Part shown: positions 31,003 through 32,000 of the stretch, piece after piece | Numbering within the stretch: position 1 is the stretch's first letter | Layout of the letters: each line of letters opens with the position of its first letter | DNA from: Mycobacterium tuberculosis H37Rv | Lineage (GTDB): Bacteria; Actinomycetota; Actinomycetes; Mycobacteriales; Mycobacteriaceae | Length of the DNA: 32,000 nucleotides | Assembly (NCBI RefSeq): GCF_000195955.2 | Contig: NC_000962.3 | Location: forward strand, 1,680,001 to 1,712,000 | Reading direction: 5' to 3' | Notes under the pieces: model-generated | Seen by the model: only the letters and a program-made list of their open reading frames with translations | What the model was told of the DNA's origin: nothing | Database searches by the model: none | Translations under genes and position numbers: made by a program

Positions 31003-32000
31003 CCCGACAGCGACGGATTCGCCCAAGGTGAGTATCGTCTCGATCTCCTACAACCAAGAGGAGTACATTCGCGAGGCCCTGGACGGCTTCGCCGCCCAGA
31101 GGACCGAGTTCCCCGTCGAGGTGATCATCGCTGACGATGCCTCCACGGACGCCACCCCGAGGATCATAGGAGAGTACGCCGCCCGCTATCCGCAGCTGTT
31201 TCGGCCGATCCTGCGGCAGACCAACATCGGTGTCCACGCCAATTTCAAGGATGTGCTGTCCGCCGCTCGTGGCGAGTACCTCGCACTGTGCGAAGGCGAC
31301 GATTACTGGACCGATCCGCTGAAGCTGTCCAAGCAGGTAAAGTACCTGGACCGGCATCCGGAGACGACGGTGTGTTTTCATCCTGTGCGAGTGATCTATG
31401 AGGATGGCGCAAAAGACTCCGAGTTCCCGCCGCTCAGCTGGCGCCGCGACCTGAGCGTCGATGCCCTGCTCGCGCGGAACTTCATCCAAACCAACTCGGT
31501 CGTGTACCGCCGTCAGCCGAGCTACGACGACATCCCGGCCAACGTCATGCCGATAGATTGGTACTTGCATGTGCGGCATGCGGTGGGCGGCGAGATCGCC
31601 ATGTTGCCCGAGACGATGGCGGTCTACCGTCGCCACGCTCACGGTATTTGGCATTCCGCGTACACTGACCGCCGAAAGTTTTGGGAGACACGAGGCCATG
31701 GGATGGCCGCGACGCTCGAGGCGATGCTCGACCTAGTTCACGGCCACCGCGAGCGCGAGGCGATCGTCGGTGAGGTGTCCGCCTGGGTGCTTCGCGAGAT
31801 CGGAAAGACACCCGGCCGACAGGGTCGCGCCCTGCTTCTGAAGTCCATCGCGGACCATCCGCGGATGACGATGCTGTCGCTACAACACCGGTGGGCGCAA
31901 ACGCCCTGGCGGCGGTTCAAGCGCCGGCTGTCCACCGAGTTATCGAGCTTGGCGGCGCTTGCGTACGCCACCCGACGGCGCGCACTCGAAGGTCGGGACG
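30995..32000 (+). CDS. GT2 glycosyltransferase (Rv1520-like), running off the window end
   Basis: Open frame VVDPTATDSPKVSIVSISYNQEEYIREALDGFAAQRTEFPVEVIIADDASTDATPRII...CEGDDYWTDPLKLSKQVKYLDRHPETT with no stop before 32000. Confidence 0.92.
   Translation, partial: MVDPTATDSPKVSIVSISYNQEEYIREALDGFAAQRTEFPVEVIIADDASTDATPRIIGEYAARYPQLFRPILRQTNIGVHANFKDVLSAARGEYLALCEGDDYWTDPLKLSKQVKYLDRHPETTVCFHPVRVIYEDGAKDSEFPPLSWRRDLSVDALLARNFIQTNSVVYRRQPSYDDIPANVMPIDWYLHVRHAVGGEIAMLPETMAVYRRHAHGIWHSAYTDRRKFWETRGHGMAATLEAMLDLVHGHREREAIVGEVSAWVLREIGKTPGRQGRALLLKSIADHPRMTMLSLQHRWAQTPWRRFKRRLSTELSSLAALAYATRRRALEGRD

Overview
The window matches the Mycobacterium tuberculosis complex chromosome (by recollection, H37Rv Rv1490 to Rv1520). 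It has three parts. (1) A conserved high-GC block, about 1-10.4 kb: TVP38-like membrane protein, methylmalonyl-CoA mutase mutA/mutB, a mazEF-type toxin-antitoxin pair, a MeaB/ArgK G-protein, an esterase, a methyltransferase and a dodecin. (2) A glycan-biosynthesis island, about 10.8-28.5 kb, visibly AT-richer in its first half: GtrB-like glycosyltransferase, PhyH oxygenase, glycosidase-like propeller protein, WecE-type sugar aminotransferase, NeuD-like acyltransferase, WbqC-like protein, methyltransferases, a GT-C-like membrane protein, a flippase-like membrane protein, the GDP-mannose 4,6-dehydratase/GDP-fucose synthase pair gmdA/epiA, and glycosyltransferases. (3) A GAP-like membrane protein and further glycosyltransferases. 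I found no CRISPR array, rRNA, tRNA or intact IS element, and no strong case for a wholly new system. The most interesting signal is hidden gene decay: a WecE aminotransferase split by one in-frame TAA; a neighbouring methyltransferase whose N-terminus lies in another frame, consistent with loss of one C; an internally deleted gmd copy with a duplicated leader; a truncated methyltransferase stub; a Nudix-like remnant antisense to an annotated-type ORF; a small ORF resembling an aminotransferase C-terminus; and an IS-transposase-like relic. The dodecin-linked methyltransferase also appears to extend about 60 codons upstream of its first standard start codon. The lesions in the amino-sugar module suggest a degraded surface-glycolipid (possibly lipooligosaccharide) pathway.
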